Both the position numbers and the translations under genes were made by a program. From an uncultured delta proteobacterium (GTDB lineage Bacteria; Desulfobacterota; BSN033; UBA1163): DNA of 64,000 nucleotides. Positions within the stretch are counted from its first letter, which is position 1; every line of letters starts with the position of its first letter. The notes below the pieces were generated by a model. That model was not told the origin of the DNA. It did no database searches and saw nothing but the letters and a program-made list of their open reading frames with translations. The stretch is taken from positions 32,001 through 96,000 of the forward strand of contig CAWHBU010000004.1 in NCBI GenBank assembly GCA_963827685.1, given 5' to 3'. Below, one piece after another: positions 1 to 10,067 of the stretch.

Positions 1-1719
1 TCTCACCCCACTGCCTTTTATGATGCCGAGGTTTTTCAAGTATGGACCCTTGGCCTTGCTCCTTACGCAGAGGAACGATTCAAATCAAATTTCCGGCATA
101 ACTCTTTTTTCATTTCGAACAATACGAGAGCGGCGGTCAATCAAGGAGTTGCCGACTATACCCCAATATTTTTGTCGAAGGTTCCAGACTTAATTTGGCG
201 CGGTCTTGTCCCCATCGATGTCGCTCTCATCCAAACCTCCCCACCCGATGACCATGGCTACATGAGTCTGGGAGTGAGCGTTGATATTGTCAAGGCGGCC
301 GCAGAAAAAGCTTCCTTGGTGATCGCTCAGGTTAATTCAAATATGCCACGTGTTCACGGAGACGGGTTCATTCATATCGAAGATGTGAATTTTATCATCC
401 CCCGTGATGAACCGGTATTGGAATATGTTTCCGAAGCAGATAGTGATACGGCCCAGGAGATCGGGAAGTATGTTTCCCGTTTGATCAGGGACGGGGAAAC
501 CATTCAGGTGGGATACGGAAGCATACCTAATGCGATTCTTTCAAACCTTTATGATAAGAAGCACTTAGGCGTCCACACGGAACTTCTGACGGACGGCATC
601 GTCACGTTGATGAAAAAGCGTGTGATCGACAATACAAGGAAAAGTATCCATCCCGGAAAGGCCGTCGCTGCATTCTGCATGGGCAGGAAAGAGACCTATG
701 AATATATCCATGATAACCCCGCCGTTGAATTTAGAACGATCGACTATACGAACAATCCTCTGGTCATCGCCCAGCATCATCGTATGACGGCGATCAACAC
801 GGCTCTGGAGATTGACCTGACGGGTCAGGCCACTGCGGAATCCATCGGGAAGTTGTTCTATAGTGGGGTCGGAGGCCAGGCTGACTTTATGAGAGGTGCG
901 GTTTTGTCGCCTGACGGCAAAACCATTCTCGCCATACCATCCACGGCGGAGCGGGGGACTATTTCAAGGATCGTCCCTTTTCTGAAGGAAGGGGCGGGTG
1001 TGACACTTCATCGAGGCGATGTTCAGTACGTGGTGACCGAATATGGGATTGCCTACTTACAGGGGAAGAATGTCCGGGAGCGTGCCATGGAATTAATCTC
1101 CATCTCCCATCCGAAATTCAGACCCTGGCTGATCGAAGAAGCGAAAAAACTCAATCTTATCTATCGAGATCAGGCATTCATCCCGGGAAAGAAAGGGGAA
1201 TACCCCGAGGCCTTGGAAACCCATAGAACGACAAAGACGGGTACGGAGATCCTTCTCCGGCCGGTGAGGATAAGCGATGAGCCTCTCCTCAAAGACTTCT
1301 TCTATTCTCTCTCGGAGAACAGCCTCTACCGCCGGTTTATCTCGGTGAGGAAGGATATGCCCCACGAGCGCCTTCAGGATTTTGTGGCCATTGATTTTAC
1401 ACGAGAGATGGTTATTCTTGCCGCGATTCAAAAAGAAGAAAAGGAAGTGATCGTAGGCGTCGGACAGTTTGGAATTAACCAGGAGATCCATACGGCAGAG
1501 GTTGGATTTGCGGTGAGGGACGATCATCAGAACCAAGGAATCGGAGCAGAGTTACTCTCCTACCTTACCTATCTGGCGAAGAAACAGGGGCTCCTTGGTT
1601 TCGATGCAGAGGTGTTGGTAGAAAACAGGCCCATGCTCCATCTCTTTGAGAAGATGGGATTCGATATCAAGAAGAGGCGCGAGGAAGGGGTGTATGAACT
1701 GGAGATGACGTTCCGATGA
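1..1719 (+). CDS. Acetyl-CoA hydrolase/transferase family protein with C-terminal GNAT acetyltransferase domain (5' partial)
   Basis: Frame is open from base 1 (SHPTAFYDAEVFQVWTLG...). CoA-transferase motifs GVHTE, SGVGGQADFMRGA and VVTEYGIA; C-terminal GNAT motifs VRDDHQNQGIG and N-x-x-ML-x-LFEKMGF. Confidence 0.9.
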   Translation, partial: SHPTAFYDAEVFQVWTLGLAPYAEERFKSNFRHNSFFISNNTRAAVNQGVADYTPIFLSKVPDLIWRGLVPIDVALIQTSPPDDHGYMSLGVSVDIVKAAAEKASLVIAQVNSNMPRVHGDGFIHIEDVNFIIPRDEPVLEYVSEADSDTAQEIGKYVSRLIRDGETIQVGYGSIPNAILSNLYDKKHLGVHTELLTDGIVTLMKKRVIDNTRKSIHPGKAVAAFCMGRKETYEYIHDNPAVEFRTIDYTNNPLVIAQHHRMTAINTALEIDLTGQATAESIGKLFYSGVGGQADFMRGAVLSPDGKTILAIPSTAERGTISRIVPFLKEGAGVTLHRGDVQYVVTEYGIAYLQGKNVRERAMELISISHPKFRPWLIEEAKKLNLIYRDQAFIPGKKGEYPEALETHRTTKTGTEILLRPVRISDEPLLKDFFYSLSENSLYRRFISVRKDMPHERLQDFVAIDFTREMVILAAIQKEEKEVIVGVGQFGINQEIHTAEVGFAVRDDHQNQGIGAELLSYLTYLAKKQGLLGFDAEVLVENRPMLHLFEKMGFDIKKRREEGVYELEMTFR

Positions 1720-1994
1720 GATGGAGATAAAAGCAATGTCAAGCGTGAAATAATGACTTGAGTAGAAGATCAGGCAGGGATATCTTCAAAGCTTTACCAA
1801 ACGATCATTTTGCAGGTAAGGGTCATTGGCCACGTTAGATAACCGACATTGCAAAGCTTTTGTACCTTGTTATTAATCCTGGAAAAGGTGTCGCTGTAAA
1901 GCTTCTCCGATACCCCTGCCCGACCTCCTTGTCTCATAAAAATTTTGTCACACCTTCCCTTTTTCAAAGGGGAAATTTTGATTTTTATTTGACA

Positions 1995-2795
1995 TTAGTA
2001 GATCTGACCCGGGAATGAATTGACCTTGAAATCTTCACCCAGCTTCTTATACATTTTGGGGCTTTCCCATTCCTCGTCAAAGGCCTCAACGAAAATGCCG
2101 TCATAAATGGCCCAACTCCTTCCCCGAACCGTTTTCTCCATCCCCTTTCTTCGAAAAGGGGTTGAATCATCCAGTTTTTCGTAAAGCAATCCTCCAGGCT
2201 GAAACTCCTGGTGGATCCTTTCCATCATCTTGCCGCCTTTGAAGTAGGTAAAACCATGTCTCTCCCACAATATGGCATTGTGATAAAAAAAAGCACCCAG
2301 GCCAATGAACTTAAGACCGATTGATGCGGCAAAGGTTTCCACACACGTCAGGGACTCCCCGAGAAGCTTTAACCCCTGCCTGACCATGCCGGGGGCAAGA
2401 CCGGCCTCCATGGCCCGAACCTCTTCAGGGATATTCCTCGATCGTGCACCGAAAAAAGTTTCCTTTCCAAATTCGTCAACATCTACATTGAATCTCTCGG
2501 GAAATGGGTTGTTAATGATTAGAAAATCGATATAAACGCTCTTCATAAAGGGATCCAAAGAAACCTGTAGGGAGAAGATGCAATCTTTATCATCGGGCTT
2601 GTATTTGACCTCGATACATCCAAAATTTTCATCAGTAGGAAAGATACCCTTGACGACCCTCTCGCCATAGGTGTTCGTCAATGTCTTAGGGTCTATCTGA
2701 TAGGTACGAAAAATGGTAGGCGGGATGAGCTGGAGGTAAAGGGAATCTCTGTCTTGCTTGGGGAGTTTATTTAGAACCTCTAAGGAAAATACCAT
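1995..2795 (-). CDS. Conserved hypothetical protein, possible GNAT-fold (AcuA-like) acetyltransferase
   Basis: 266-aa ORF directly downstream of acs. The segment VRQGLKLLGESLTCVETFAASIGLKFIGLGAFFYHNAILWERHGF resembles GNAT motifs A/B. Confidence 0.55.
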   Translation of the reverse strand: MVFSLEVLNKLPKQDRDSLYLQLIPPTIFRTYQIDPKTLTNTYGERVVKGIFPTDENFGCIEVKYKPDDKDCIFSLQVSLDPFMKSVYIDFLIINNPFPERFNVDVDEFGKETFFGARSRNIPEEVRAMEAGLAPGMVRQGLKLLGESLTCVETFAASIGLKFIGLGAFFYHNAILWERHGFTYFKGGKMMERIHQEFQPGGLLYEKLDDSTPFRRKGMEKTVRGRSWAIYDGIFVEAFDEEWESPKMYKKLGEDFKVNSFPGQIY

Positions 2796-2812
2796 GAGAA
2801 GAGCCCATCTCT

Positions 2813-2852
2813 AAAAAAATGCCTGCCCCCATTATGTCAAGAGGGCAGGCAT
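2813..2852 (-). terminator. Intrinsic terminator downstream of acs
   Basis: Inverted repeat ATGCCTGCCC...GGGCAGGCAT with an A-run on the + strand (U-tract on the - strand). Confidence 0.65.
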
Positions 2853-2883
2853 CCTGTCAACGCATATTATAAGGTGCTTTTGG

Positions 2884-4860
2884 CTAAAGCCTTTCATCAA
2901 CGAGCTGTTTCACCACGCTTGGATCCGCAAGGGTGGAGGTGTCGCCCAGTTCCTCAATTTTGTCTTCGGCGATCTTTCTCAATATCCTCCTCATGATCTT
3001 GCCGCTTCTTGTTTTAGGAAGGGCATCCGCAAATTGAAGTTTGTCGGGTAACGCGATCGGGCCGATTACCGTCCTCACATGGGCCACCAGGTCTTTCTTG
3101 AGCTTGTCGCTCTTTTCTATGCCGGCCTTCAACGTAACGAAGGCATAGATCCCCTGACCCTTGATATCATGGGGGTAACCGATCACTGCTGCCTCTGCCA
3201 CGGAGGGATGTGACACCAGTGCGCTCTCCACTTCGGCTGTTCCGATTCGATGCCCCGACACGTTGATGACATCGTCGATACGACCCATGAGCCAGTAATA
3301 CCCATCTCCGTCTTTGCGCGCTCCGTCGCCGGTAAAGTACTGCCCCGGAAACATTGAGAAATAGGTATCTTTGAATCTCTTATTGCCTGTATCATTCCAA
3401 AACCCTCTGAGCATGCCAGGCCATGGTCTGGCGATGACAAGAGAACCTCCTTCGTCCGTTCCGCATTCGCTCCCATTCTCCCTGAGGACTTTCGGAACCA
3501 CTCCGAAAAATGGAATCGTGGCCGATCCGGGTTTCAGCGGAGTGACGGGGAGAGGAGAAATCAGATAGCCGCCTGTCTCGGTCTGCCACCAGGTATCCAT
3601 GATCGGGCACTTCTCCTTCCCAACATTCTTGTAGTACCACATCCAGGCTTCCGGATTGATGGGTTCCCCCACGGAACCGAGAATTTTGAGGCTTGAGAGA
3701 TCTCTCTTTTCCACCCACTTTTCGCCCTCTCTCATCAAGGCCCTGATGGCTGTCGGGGCGGTATAAAATTTACTGACCCGGTACCTCTCTACGATCTCCC
3801 AGAAACGGTCAGGATTAGGAAAGGTGGGAACCCCTTCAAACATCAAGCTGGTACCGCCGATTCCAAAGGGACCATACACCACGTAGCTGTGGCCGGTGAC
3901 CCATCCGATATCGGCCGTGCAGAAGAATACGTCGTCGTCTTTGATGTCAAAAACATACTTGAGCGTCTGGGCGCAAAAGACGAGATAACCTGCCGTGGTA
4001 TGAATCACCCCTTTGGGTTTCCCCGTGCTTCCGCTCGTATAAAGGATGAAAAGGATATCCTCGGCATCGACCTTGGCGGGATCGCAATTGGGTGTAATGT
4101 CCCCTTTCGCCATCTCGTCATGCCACCAGACGTCCCTCTCTTTGTCAAAAGGTATCTCGATTCCCATCCGTTTGACAACGATCACTCTCTGGATAGAGGG
4201 GCATTCCTTGAGGGCCTGGTCTGCGCCGACCTTACTCCCGACAGTCTTTCCGCTTCTGTAATAGCCGTCCGCCGTGATCAGGAGCTTTGCTTCGCAATCA
4301 TTAATCCGATCCCTGAGTGCCTCGGCACTAAAGCCTCCAAAGACCACGCTGTGAATCGCTCCTATTCTTGCACAGGCAAGCATAGCAATGGGGAGTTCGG
4401 GAATCATCGGGAGGTAGATGGAGACTCGGTCTCCCTTTTTAACTCCATGCTTTTTCAAGACATTTGCAAACTTGCAGACATGATAGTGGAGCTGCTGGTA
4501 GGTGAAAACCCTGCTCTCCTCGAGAGGTTCGCCCTGCCAGATCAGAGCCGCTTTATTTCCTTTTCCTGCCTTGATATGTCTGTCAAGACAGTTATAGGAT
4601 ACATTCAACTTGCCGCCGACAAACCACTTAAGTTCGGGTTTGTTGAAGTCCCATTCAGAGACCTTCTCCCATTTTTTGAACCATTCGAGCTCATCCGCCA
4701 TCTCACTCCAAAACTCATCAGGCTTGTCAACGGACTTTCGATACAATTTCTTATAATCCGCCATGCTCAAATACGCCTGCTTCTTGATCTCCTCAGAAGG
4801 CTCAAAGACCCGGCTCTCCTCCATCATGGAAACAATATTACCTTTACCTTTCTCGGTCAT
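2884..4860 (-). CDS. acs: Acetyl-CoA synthetase (AMP-forming)
   Basis: [14 protein letters not shown]-binding motif, [10 protein letters not shown], and [11 protein letters not shown] containing the acetylatable Lys; GGAGG RBS. Confidence 0.97.
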   Translation of the reverse strand: MTEKGKGNIVSMMEESRVFEPSEEIKKQAYLSMADYKKLYRKSVDKPDEFWSEMADELEWFKKWEKVSEWDFNKPELKWFVGGKLNVSYNCLDRHIKAGKGNKAALIWQGEPLEESRVFTYQQLHYHVCKFANVLKKHGVKKGDRVSIYLPMIPELPIAMLACARIGAIHSVVFGGFSAEALRDRINDCEAKLLITADGYYRSGKTVGSKVGADQALKECPSIQRVIVVKRMGIEIPFDKERDVWWHDEMAKGDITPNCDPAKVDAEDILFILYTSGSTGKPKGVIHTTAGYLVFCAQTLKYVFDIKDDDVFFCTADIGWVTGHSYVVYGPFGIGGTSLMFEGVPTFPNPDRFWEIVERYRVSKFYTAPTAIRALMREGEKWVEKRDLSSLKILGSVGEPINPEAWMWYYKNVGKEKCPIMDTWWQTETGGYLISPLPVTPLKPGSATIPFFGVVPKVLRENGSECGTDEGGSLVIARPWPGMLRGFWNDTGNKRFKDTYFSMFPGQYFTGDGARKDGDGYYWLMGRIDDVINVSGHRIGTAEVESALVSHPSVAEAAVIGYPHDIKGQGIYAFVTLKAGIEKSDKLKKDLVAHVRTVIGPIALPDKLQFADALPKTRSGKIMRRILRKIAEDKIEELGDTSTLADPSVVKQLVDERL

Positions 4861-4897
4861 CTACATAACCTCCTCTCAAATTTTTACTCGTAGCACT

Positions 4898-4915
4898 TTG
4901 TTATTAAGTTCACAA
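4898..4915. promoter_or_regulatory. Rex-like operator
   Basis: TTGTTATTAAGTTCACAA resembles the Rex consensus TTGTGAA-N4-TTCACAA and lies between the predicted acs promoter and RBS. Confidence 0.5.
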
Positions 4916-4930
4916 GCGCTCAACAGCCTA

Positions 4931-4959
4931 AATATACTGCATAGGAAACTTTTTTTCAA
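4931..4959 (-). promoter_or_regulatory. Putative sigma70 promoter of acs
   Basis: TTGAAA-N17-TATATT on the - strand. Confidence 0.5.
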
Positions 4960-5246
4960 GTGGGAGAACCATTTTTTTTTCACCGAGAGGAATGATTAAT
5001 CTTAGGAACACGAAATTCAAATGCACTTTGTTGCAGATGTATCTGATTAGATTAGTGGTTTTAAAGGTGGGGCTGAAGCGAGATTGGAGAATGTTTCTAC
5101 GGTGATATTGAGATTACTTAAATTACGACGTCGTACTGTCTTAGACGTTAATCGTTTCCCTCTTGTGAGAATGTGTGGTGAACGAGAACACTATTCATTA
5201 TAGGTATGGAAGAGACCTCACATCGTTGATCTTTGCAAAATTTTTC

Positions 5247-5275
5247 TTGACAAAAAAGTGCCAATTTCGTAGTTT
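5247..5275 (+). promoter_or_regulatory. Putative sigma70 promoter of the nuo operon
   Basis: TTGACA-N17-TAGTTT ending about 40 nt upstream of nuoA. Confidence 0.55.
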
Positions 5276-5316
5276 GTTGCGGGACAAAAAATATTTTGTA
5301 AAAAACGGGGACGATC

Positions 5317-5673
5317 ATGTTGATTGAATATCTTGCCATTCTCATCTATATTGCCATCGCTGTTGTTTTTGCCCTCTTCGCCATCGTCGCTTCCGCTCTC
5401 TTAGGCCAGAGAAAACCCACCGCTCTCAAGCAGGCACCCTATGAGTGCGGGATGACGACCGTTGGCTCAAGCTTCCGCAGGATACCCATCAAGTACTACA
5501 TCATCGCCATGCTTTTTCTCCTCTTTGATATTGAGGTGGTTTTCCTCTATCCCTGGGCAGTGGTCTTCAAAGAGTTTAAGGTCTTTGCCTTCATCTCAAT
5601 GGCGGTCTTCATTGGAATTTTACTCATCGCCTATATCTACATCTGGAAAAAAGGAGCATTGGAATGGGAATAG
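5317..5673 (+). CDS. nuoA: NADH-quinone oxidoreductase subunit A
   Basis: PYECG and [14 protein letters not shown] motifs; C-terminal KKGALEWE. Confidence 0.97.
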   Translation: MLIEYLAILIYIAIAVVFALFAIVASALLGQRKPTALKQAPYECGMTTVGSSFRRIPIKYYIIAMLFLLFDIEVVFLYPWAVVFKEFKVFAFISMAVFIGILLIAYIYIWKKGALEWE

Positions 5674-6170
5674 AAACTTACCTTGAAAAAACGGCTTTTA
5701 TGCCTGCTTTGGATTGGCTCGTCAACTGGGGTCGAAAGTATTCGATCTGGCCGGTGACCTTTGGCTTAGCCTGCTGCGCACTGGAGATGATTGTCACCAG
5801 TTCAGCGACGTGGGATATCTCTCGGTTTGGTTCAGAGGTTTTCAGGCCTTCCCCCCGGCAGGCAGATTTGATGATCGTTGCAGGGACCTTGACCAAAAAG
5901 ATGGCTCCTATGGTTAAACGCATCTATGAACAAATGCCAGAGCCCAAATGGGTCATTGCTTATGGAGCCTGTGCCTGCTCAGGCGGAATCTTCAAAACCT
6001 ACAGTGTGGTGCAGGGAGTGGATCAAATACTACCTGTGGACTTCTATGTCCCAGGTTGTCCACCCAGACCTGAAGCTTTGCTCACAGCGATTGTGAAGCT
6101 CCAGAAGAAGATCGAGAAAGAGACGCTTGCGAATCGAAAGAACGTTCGCAGCACCCTTGAACTGAAATAA
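5664..6170 (+). CDS. nuoB: NADH-quinone oxidoreductase subunit B
   Basis: [33 protein letters not shown]. Confidence 0.97.
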   Translation: MGIETYLEKTAFMPALDWLVNWGRKYSIWPVTFGLACCALEMIVTSSATWDISRFGSEVFRPSPRQADLMIVAGTLTKKMAPMVKRIYEQMPEPKWVIAYGACACSGGIFKTYSVVQGVDQILPVDFYVPGCPPRPEALLTAIVKLQKKIEKETLANRKNVRSTLELK

Positions 6171-6186
6171 GGATAAGAGGAAAAGA

Positions 6187-6675
6187 ATGGCCGAAATCAA
6201 TCTCACGGTAAAGAAGTTGCAGGGGAAATTCCCGGCCTCCGTCTTGGAGGTAAAGACATTTCGGGATGAGGTCAACGTCACCGTTCAGAAGAAAGACATT
6301 TTTGAAATCTGTAAATTTCTTTATTCCGATCCAGATCTCCAATACCGGATGCTCACCGACCTCTGCGGCGTGGATTTCTTTCCAGAGTCCCCCCGTTTTG
6401 AAGTGGTTTATCTTCTCTATTCGATGAAGGAACAGCAAAGGCTGAGACTGAAAATAAAAGTTGGCGATTCTGAATCGGTTTTAAGTGTGGAGTCCATCTG
6501 GAAAGCAGCCGACTGGTTGGAAAGGGAGGTCTATGACCTCTTTGGGATTTCCTTTGACAACCATCCCGATTTGAGGAGAATTCTCCTCTGGGATGGTTAC
6601 GAGGGTCATCCCTTGAGAAAGGATTTTCCGGTCGAGGGACCGGATTTTGACAAACCCTTCGTTCCCGAGGTTTGA
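6187..6675 (+). CDS. nuoC: NADH-quinone oxidoreductase subunit C
   Basis: WLEREVYDLFGI...HPDLRRIL...GHPLRKDFP. Confidence 0.96.
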   Translation: MAEINLTVKKLQGKFPASVLEVKTFRDEVNVTVQKKDIFEICKFLYSDPDLQYRMLTDLCGVDFFPESPRFEVVYLLYSMKEQQRLRLKIKVGDSESVLSVESIWKAADWLEREVYDLFGISFDNHPDLRRILLWDGYEGHPLRKDFPVEGPDFDKPFVPEV

Positions 6676-6676
6676 A

Positions 6677-7849
6677 ATGGCAGAGACACGGTTAATGACC
6701 ATCAACATGGGACCTCAGCACCCGGCCACTCACGGGGTTTTGAGGCTTGTGTTGGAATTGGATGGAGAGGTGATCGTTAAGGTCGTCCCCCATATCGGCC
6801 ACCTGCACCGGGGGGTTGAGAAACTGGCTGAAAGTAAAACGTATCACCAAGTCATTCCCCTCACCGACCGTTTGGATTATACGAATGCGATGGGTAATAA
6901 CCTGGGCTATGTGTTAGCCGTGGAAAAACTATTGGGCATTGAAATCCCCAGACGGGCTCAATATCTTAGAGTGATGATGGCTGAGCTTCAGAGGATTGCT
7001 GCCCATCTTATCTGGTTGGGAACGCATGCCTTGGACATCGGCGCCATGACCCTCCTCTTCTACAACTTTCGGGAAAGGGAAGAGATCCTGAGAATCTTTG
7101 AGGAAGTGGCAGGAGGGAGGCTCACCCCTACCTACATGAGAATTGGCGGAGTTTCAAAAGACCTTCCAGATGGCATAGAAGATAAGATCAAGGAATTCGT
7201 TCAGGCCTTTCCAGACCATATCAAAGAATATGAAACGCTTTTGACGAAGAATGTGATCTGGTTGAAGCGGACGAAAGGCGTTGGGATCATTTCGAAAGAG
7301 GATGCGATCAACTGGGGCATGACCGGGCCAAGCCTGCGTGGCTCCGGAGTCAAATACGATGTGAGGAAGGCCTTTCCCTATTCGAGTTATGATGAGTTCA
7401 ATTTCGATATCCCCATCGGCTCAACGGGGGATGTCTACGATCGGTACATCGTGCGGTTGAGGGAAATGGAATGGTCGAATGCCATTGTGAAACAGGCATT
7501 GGAACGGCTGCCCAAGGGACCTATTATCGCGAACGACCCAAGGATCACCCTTCCACCCAAAGACGATGTGACAAGAGACATCGCTTCATTAATCCGACAG
7601 TTCAAAATCGTCTCCGAAGGCTTCCAACCCCCGAGAGGCGAGGTCTATGTGAGCGTGGAGGCTTCTAAGGGAGAGTTGGGATACTATCTCGTCAGTGATG
7701 GATCGAATAAGCCCTTGCGGATGAGGATTCGACCGCCCTCTTTCTTCAATCTCAGTGCCCTTCCCAAAATGGTTGAGGGAAGTTTGATCGCTGATGTGAT
7801 TTCGGCAATTGGCAGCATTGACATCGTCCTGGGGGAAATCGATCGATAA
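6677..7849 (+). CDS. nuoD: NADH-quinone oxidoreductase subunit D
   Basis: NMGPQHPATHGVLRL, DRLDY, C-terminal DIVLGEIDR. Start moved to the ATG at 6677, just after the nuoC stop. Confidence 0.96.
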   Translation: MAETRLMTINMGPQHPATHGVLRLVLELDGEVIVKVVPHIGHLHRGVEKLAESKTYHQVIPLTDRLDYTNAMGNNLGYVLAVEKLLGIEIPRRAQYLRVMMAELQRIAAHLIWLGTHALDIGAMTLLFYNFREREEILRIFEEVAGGRLTPTYMRIGGVSKDLPDGIEDKIKEFVQAFPDHIKEYETLLTKNVIWLKRTKGVGIISKEDAINWGMTGPSLRGSGVKYDVRKAFPYSSYDEFNFDIPIGSTGDVYDRYIVRLREMEWSNAIVKQALERLPKGPIIANDPRITLPPKDDVTRDIASLIRQFKIVSEGFQPPRGEVYVSVEASKGELGYYLVSDGSNKPLRMRIRPPSFFNLSALPKMVEGSLIADVISAIGSIDIVLGEIDR

Positions 7850-7854
7850 AAGAA

Positions 7855-8015
7855 AATGTCAAATGTCAAAGCTCGCACGAAGTGATGAACCGAAGGTGAA
7901 TCAAGTTCAAATCACTGTCAAATACCAAAGTTCAAATTTCAAGAATTGAGTTTTGGCATTTGGAATTTAGATTTCATTTGTCATTTGGATTTTGACATTT
8001 AGCATTTGACATTGT
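7855..8015. repeat. Imperfect palindrome of heptamer repeats (AAATGTC / GACATTT)
   Basis: Left arm aaatgtc-aaatgtc-aaagctc...; right arm ...tgacattt-agcattt-gacatt. Confidence 0.7.
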
Positions 8016-8024
8016 GAGGTACAC

Positions 8025-9977
8025 ATGACGGACATTCTTTTTAGCAGTTGGGGGGGAGTGGTCACCGATAATCGAAGGAAACCTGAAGCAGAGAGGCAAC
8101 CCGTCTCCGCTCTCAATCTCCCCCTGGAATTTGATAAAGAGAGAAAGGTCAGAGCCTTTATTGGATGGGACGGGATTGTCATCAGAGACACTGAAGTCAA
8201 TATGGTCGATTTGATTCGGGCTTATGTGGAAGCGGTCCAGAGTGAATCCTGCGGAAAGTGTACACCCTGCCGGGTAGGGACTCGGATCATGGCGACCATC
8301 ATGAATCGAATTGCCGATGGTCAGGGCAAAGGTGAGGACTTAAAACAATTAAGATATTTAGGGGAGATGATTCAGAAGAGTTCCAAATGCAACCTCGGAC
8401 AGACCGGTCCGAAGCCTGTGTTGGATGCGATCGATCATTTTGAAGATCAATTCTCCGGTGCCATCCGGTTGCAAAAAAAAGTTCCTCGCCAGGAATACAA
8501 AGTCAAGGTGACAGCACCCTGTGAAAGCGCCTGTCCCTCCCATCTTCCCATCAGCCGTTATGTTGAATTGATCAAAGAGGGGAGATTCGAAGAATCCCTT
8601 GCCGCCATCCGAGGGGCGACCTGCCTGGCCGGAATCTTAGGAAGGATCTGCGTCCGTCCCTGCGAAGACAACTGTCGTCGGGGAAATGTGGATGAATGTA
8701 TTTCCATTAAATGGCTGAAACGGTTTGTCGCCGATTATGAACTGGAGAAGAGGAAGGATCCTTCGGTTAAGAAAGGGGAAATGCGTTCAGAGAAAGTGGC
8801 CGTCATTGGCGCAGGCCCAGCTGGTCTCTCGTGCGCTTACTACCTTGCCCTCAAAGGTTATCCTGTCACCATTTTCGAGAGGTTAGGTGAGCCAGGCGGG
8901 ATGGCAGCCATGGGGATCCCTGACTATCGTCTCCCGAGAGATATCGTTGGATACGAAGCAGAGATTGTAAAGAGGTTGGGGGTCGAGATTCGGTATAACA
9001 CGCAGGTGGGAAAGGATATCACCCTCTCTCAGATGTTTGAGCAGGGTTATAAGGCCATCTTTGTCGGTGTGGGCGCGCAGACCAATACGCCCATGGGTGT
9101 TGAGGGAGAAGATAAGGGATATAAGGGATTCATCCCGGGCGTTTATTACCTCTTGGAGATCAATCTGGGAAGAGACCCCTATCCTGAAGGCAAGAGGGTG
9201 GTGGTGGTCGGTGGTGGAAACGTGGCCATTGACTGTGTTCGGTCTTCTTTCCGCATTGGCAAAGCGGATGTGAACCTGGTTTATCGAAGGACGAAAAAAG
9301 AGATGCCTGCCGATCATGTGGAAATCCATGATGCAGAGGAAGAGGGCGTTAAATTTCATTACCTCTGCAATCCGGTCCGGATCATTGAGAAAGAGGGAAA
9401 GGTTGTTGGAATGGAGTGTATTCGGATGGAGCTGGGTGAACCGGATGAAAGCGGGAGGCGCAGACCCGTTCCCATCAAGGGTTCAGAATTTTTCATCGAA
9501 GCTGATATTGCTATCCCTGCCATTGGACAAGCGATCGATCTGTCCTTCCTCGAAGAAAAGGACGGGGTGAAGACGACGAGACGATCCACGATCGCCATCC
9601 AAGAAGGAACCTTTATGACAAGCCATCCGGGGATCTTCTCCGCCGGGGATTGTGTGACCGGACCCGATGTTTTGGTTCGTGCTGCAGGCCATGGAAAGAG
9701 AGCCGCTGACAAGATTGACCTGTTCCTTCGCGGAATGGAGGTAAGGGAATCTGAGGAAGAACTTCTGGAGACCCTGGTGGAGAAGATCAAGGTTTATAAC
9801 AAGAATGAAAAGATTGGAATCTCCGGCGGGCAGAAGAGGGCGACGTTGAACATGCTTCCTCCTGATTCGAGAAAATGGATCTTCGATGAGGTGGAGGAAG
9901 GATTTTCCATCCCGGTGGCTCAAAAGGAAGCAGAACGTTGTCTCAGGTGTGTGCGAATCGGACTGTTTGCAATTTAA
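8025..9977 (+). CDS. SfrB-like FAD/NADPH oxidoreductase (NuoF-type 4Fe-4S domain plus GltD-like domain)
   Basis: ESCGKCTPCRVG...KCNLG (NuoF N3-type cluster), CESACP...GRICVRPCEDNC (GltD Fe-S), GAGPAG FAD site, GGGNVAID and VYRR NADPH-type site. The N-terminal FSSWG..VTDNR and FIGWDG recall Geobacter SfrB. Confidence 0.85.
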   Translation: MTDILFSSWGGVVTDNRRKPEAERQPVSALNLPLEFDKERKVRAFIGWDGIVIRDTEVNMVDLIRAYVEAVQSESCGKCTPCRVGTRIMATIMNRIADGQGKGEDLKQLRYLGEMIQKSSKCNLGQTGPKPVLDAIDHFEDQFSGAIRLQKKVPRQEYKVKVTAPCESACPSHLPISRYVELIKEGRFEESLAAIRGATCLAGILGRICVRPCEDNCRRGNVDECISIKWLKRFVADYELEKRKDPSVKKGEMRSEKVAVIGAGPAGLSCAYYLALKGYPVTIFERLGEPGGMAAMGIPDYRLPRDIVGYEAEIVKRLGVEIRYNTQVGKDITLSQMFEQGYKAIFVGVGAQTNTPMGVEGEDKGYKGFIPGVYYLLEINLGRDPYPEGKRVVVVGGGNVAIDCVRSSFRIGKADVNLVYRRTKKEMPADHVEIHDAEEEGVKFHYLCNPVRIIEKEGKVVGMECIRMELGEPDESGRRRPVPIKGSEFFIEADIAIPAIGQAIDLSFLEEKDGVKTTRRSTIAIQEGTFMTSHPGIFSAGDCVTGPDVLVRAAGHGKRAADKIDLFLRGMEVRESEEELLETLVEKIKVYNKNEKIGISGGQKRATLNMLPPDSRKWIFDEVEEGFSIPVAQKEAERCLRCVRIGLFAI

Positions 9978-10055
9978 CGTGTTGGTGAATCGTGAATGGT
10001 GGATCGTGATGAGATTCTAAATCACGAATCACGAGTCACGAATCTCGATCCACGA
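9978..10055. repeat. Imperfect palindrome of heptamer repeats (CGTGAAT / TCACGAA)
   Basis: ggtgaat-cgtgaat-ggtggat-cgtgat ... tcacgaa-tcacgag-tcacgaa. Confidence 0.65.
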
Positions 10056-10067
10056 GGTTTGATAAGA

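Noticed and set aside
3889-4893. 334-aa antisense ORF over acs, and many similar shadow ORFs across the window
   Set aside because: They lie antisense or off-frame to well-supported genes and carry no recognisable motifs.
7855-8015. CRISPR array in the periodic intergenic repeats
   Set aside because: Units are 7-9 nt and degenerate, with no unique spacers and no cas genes.
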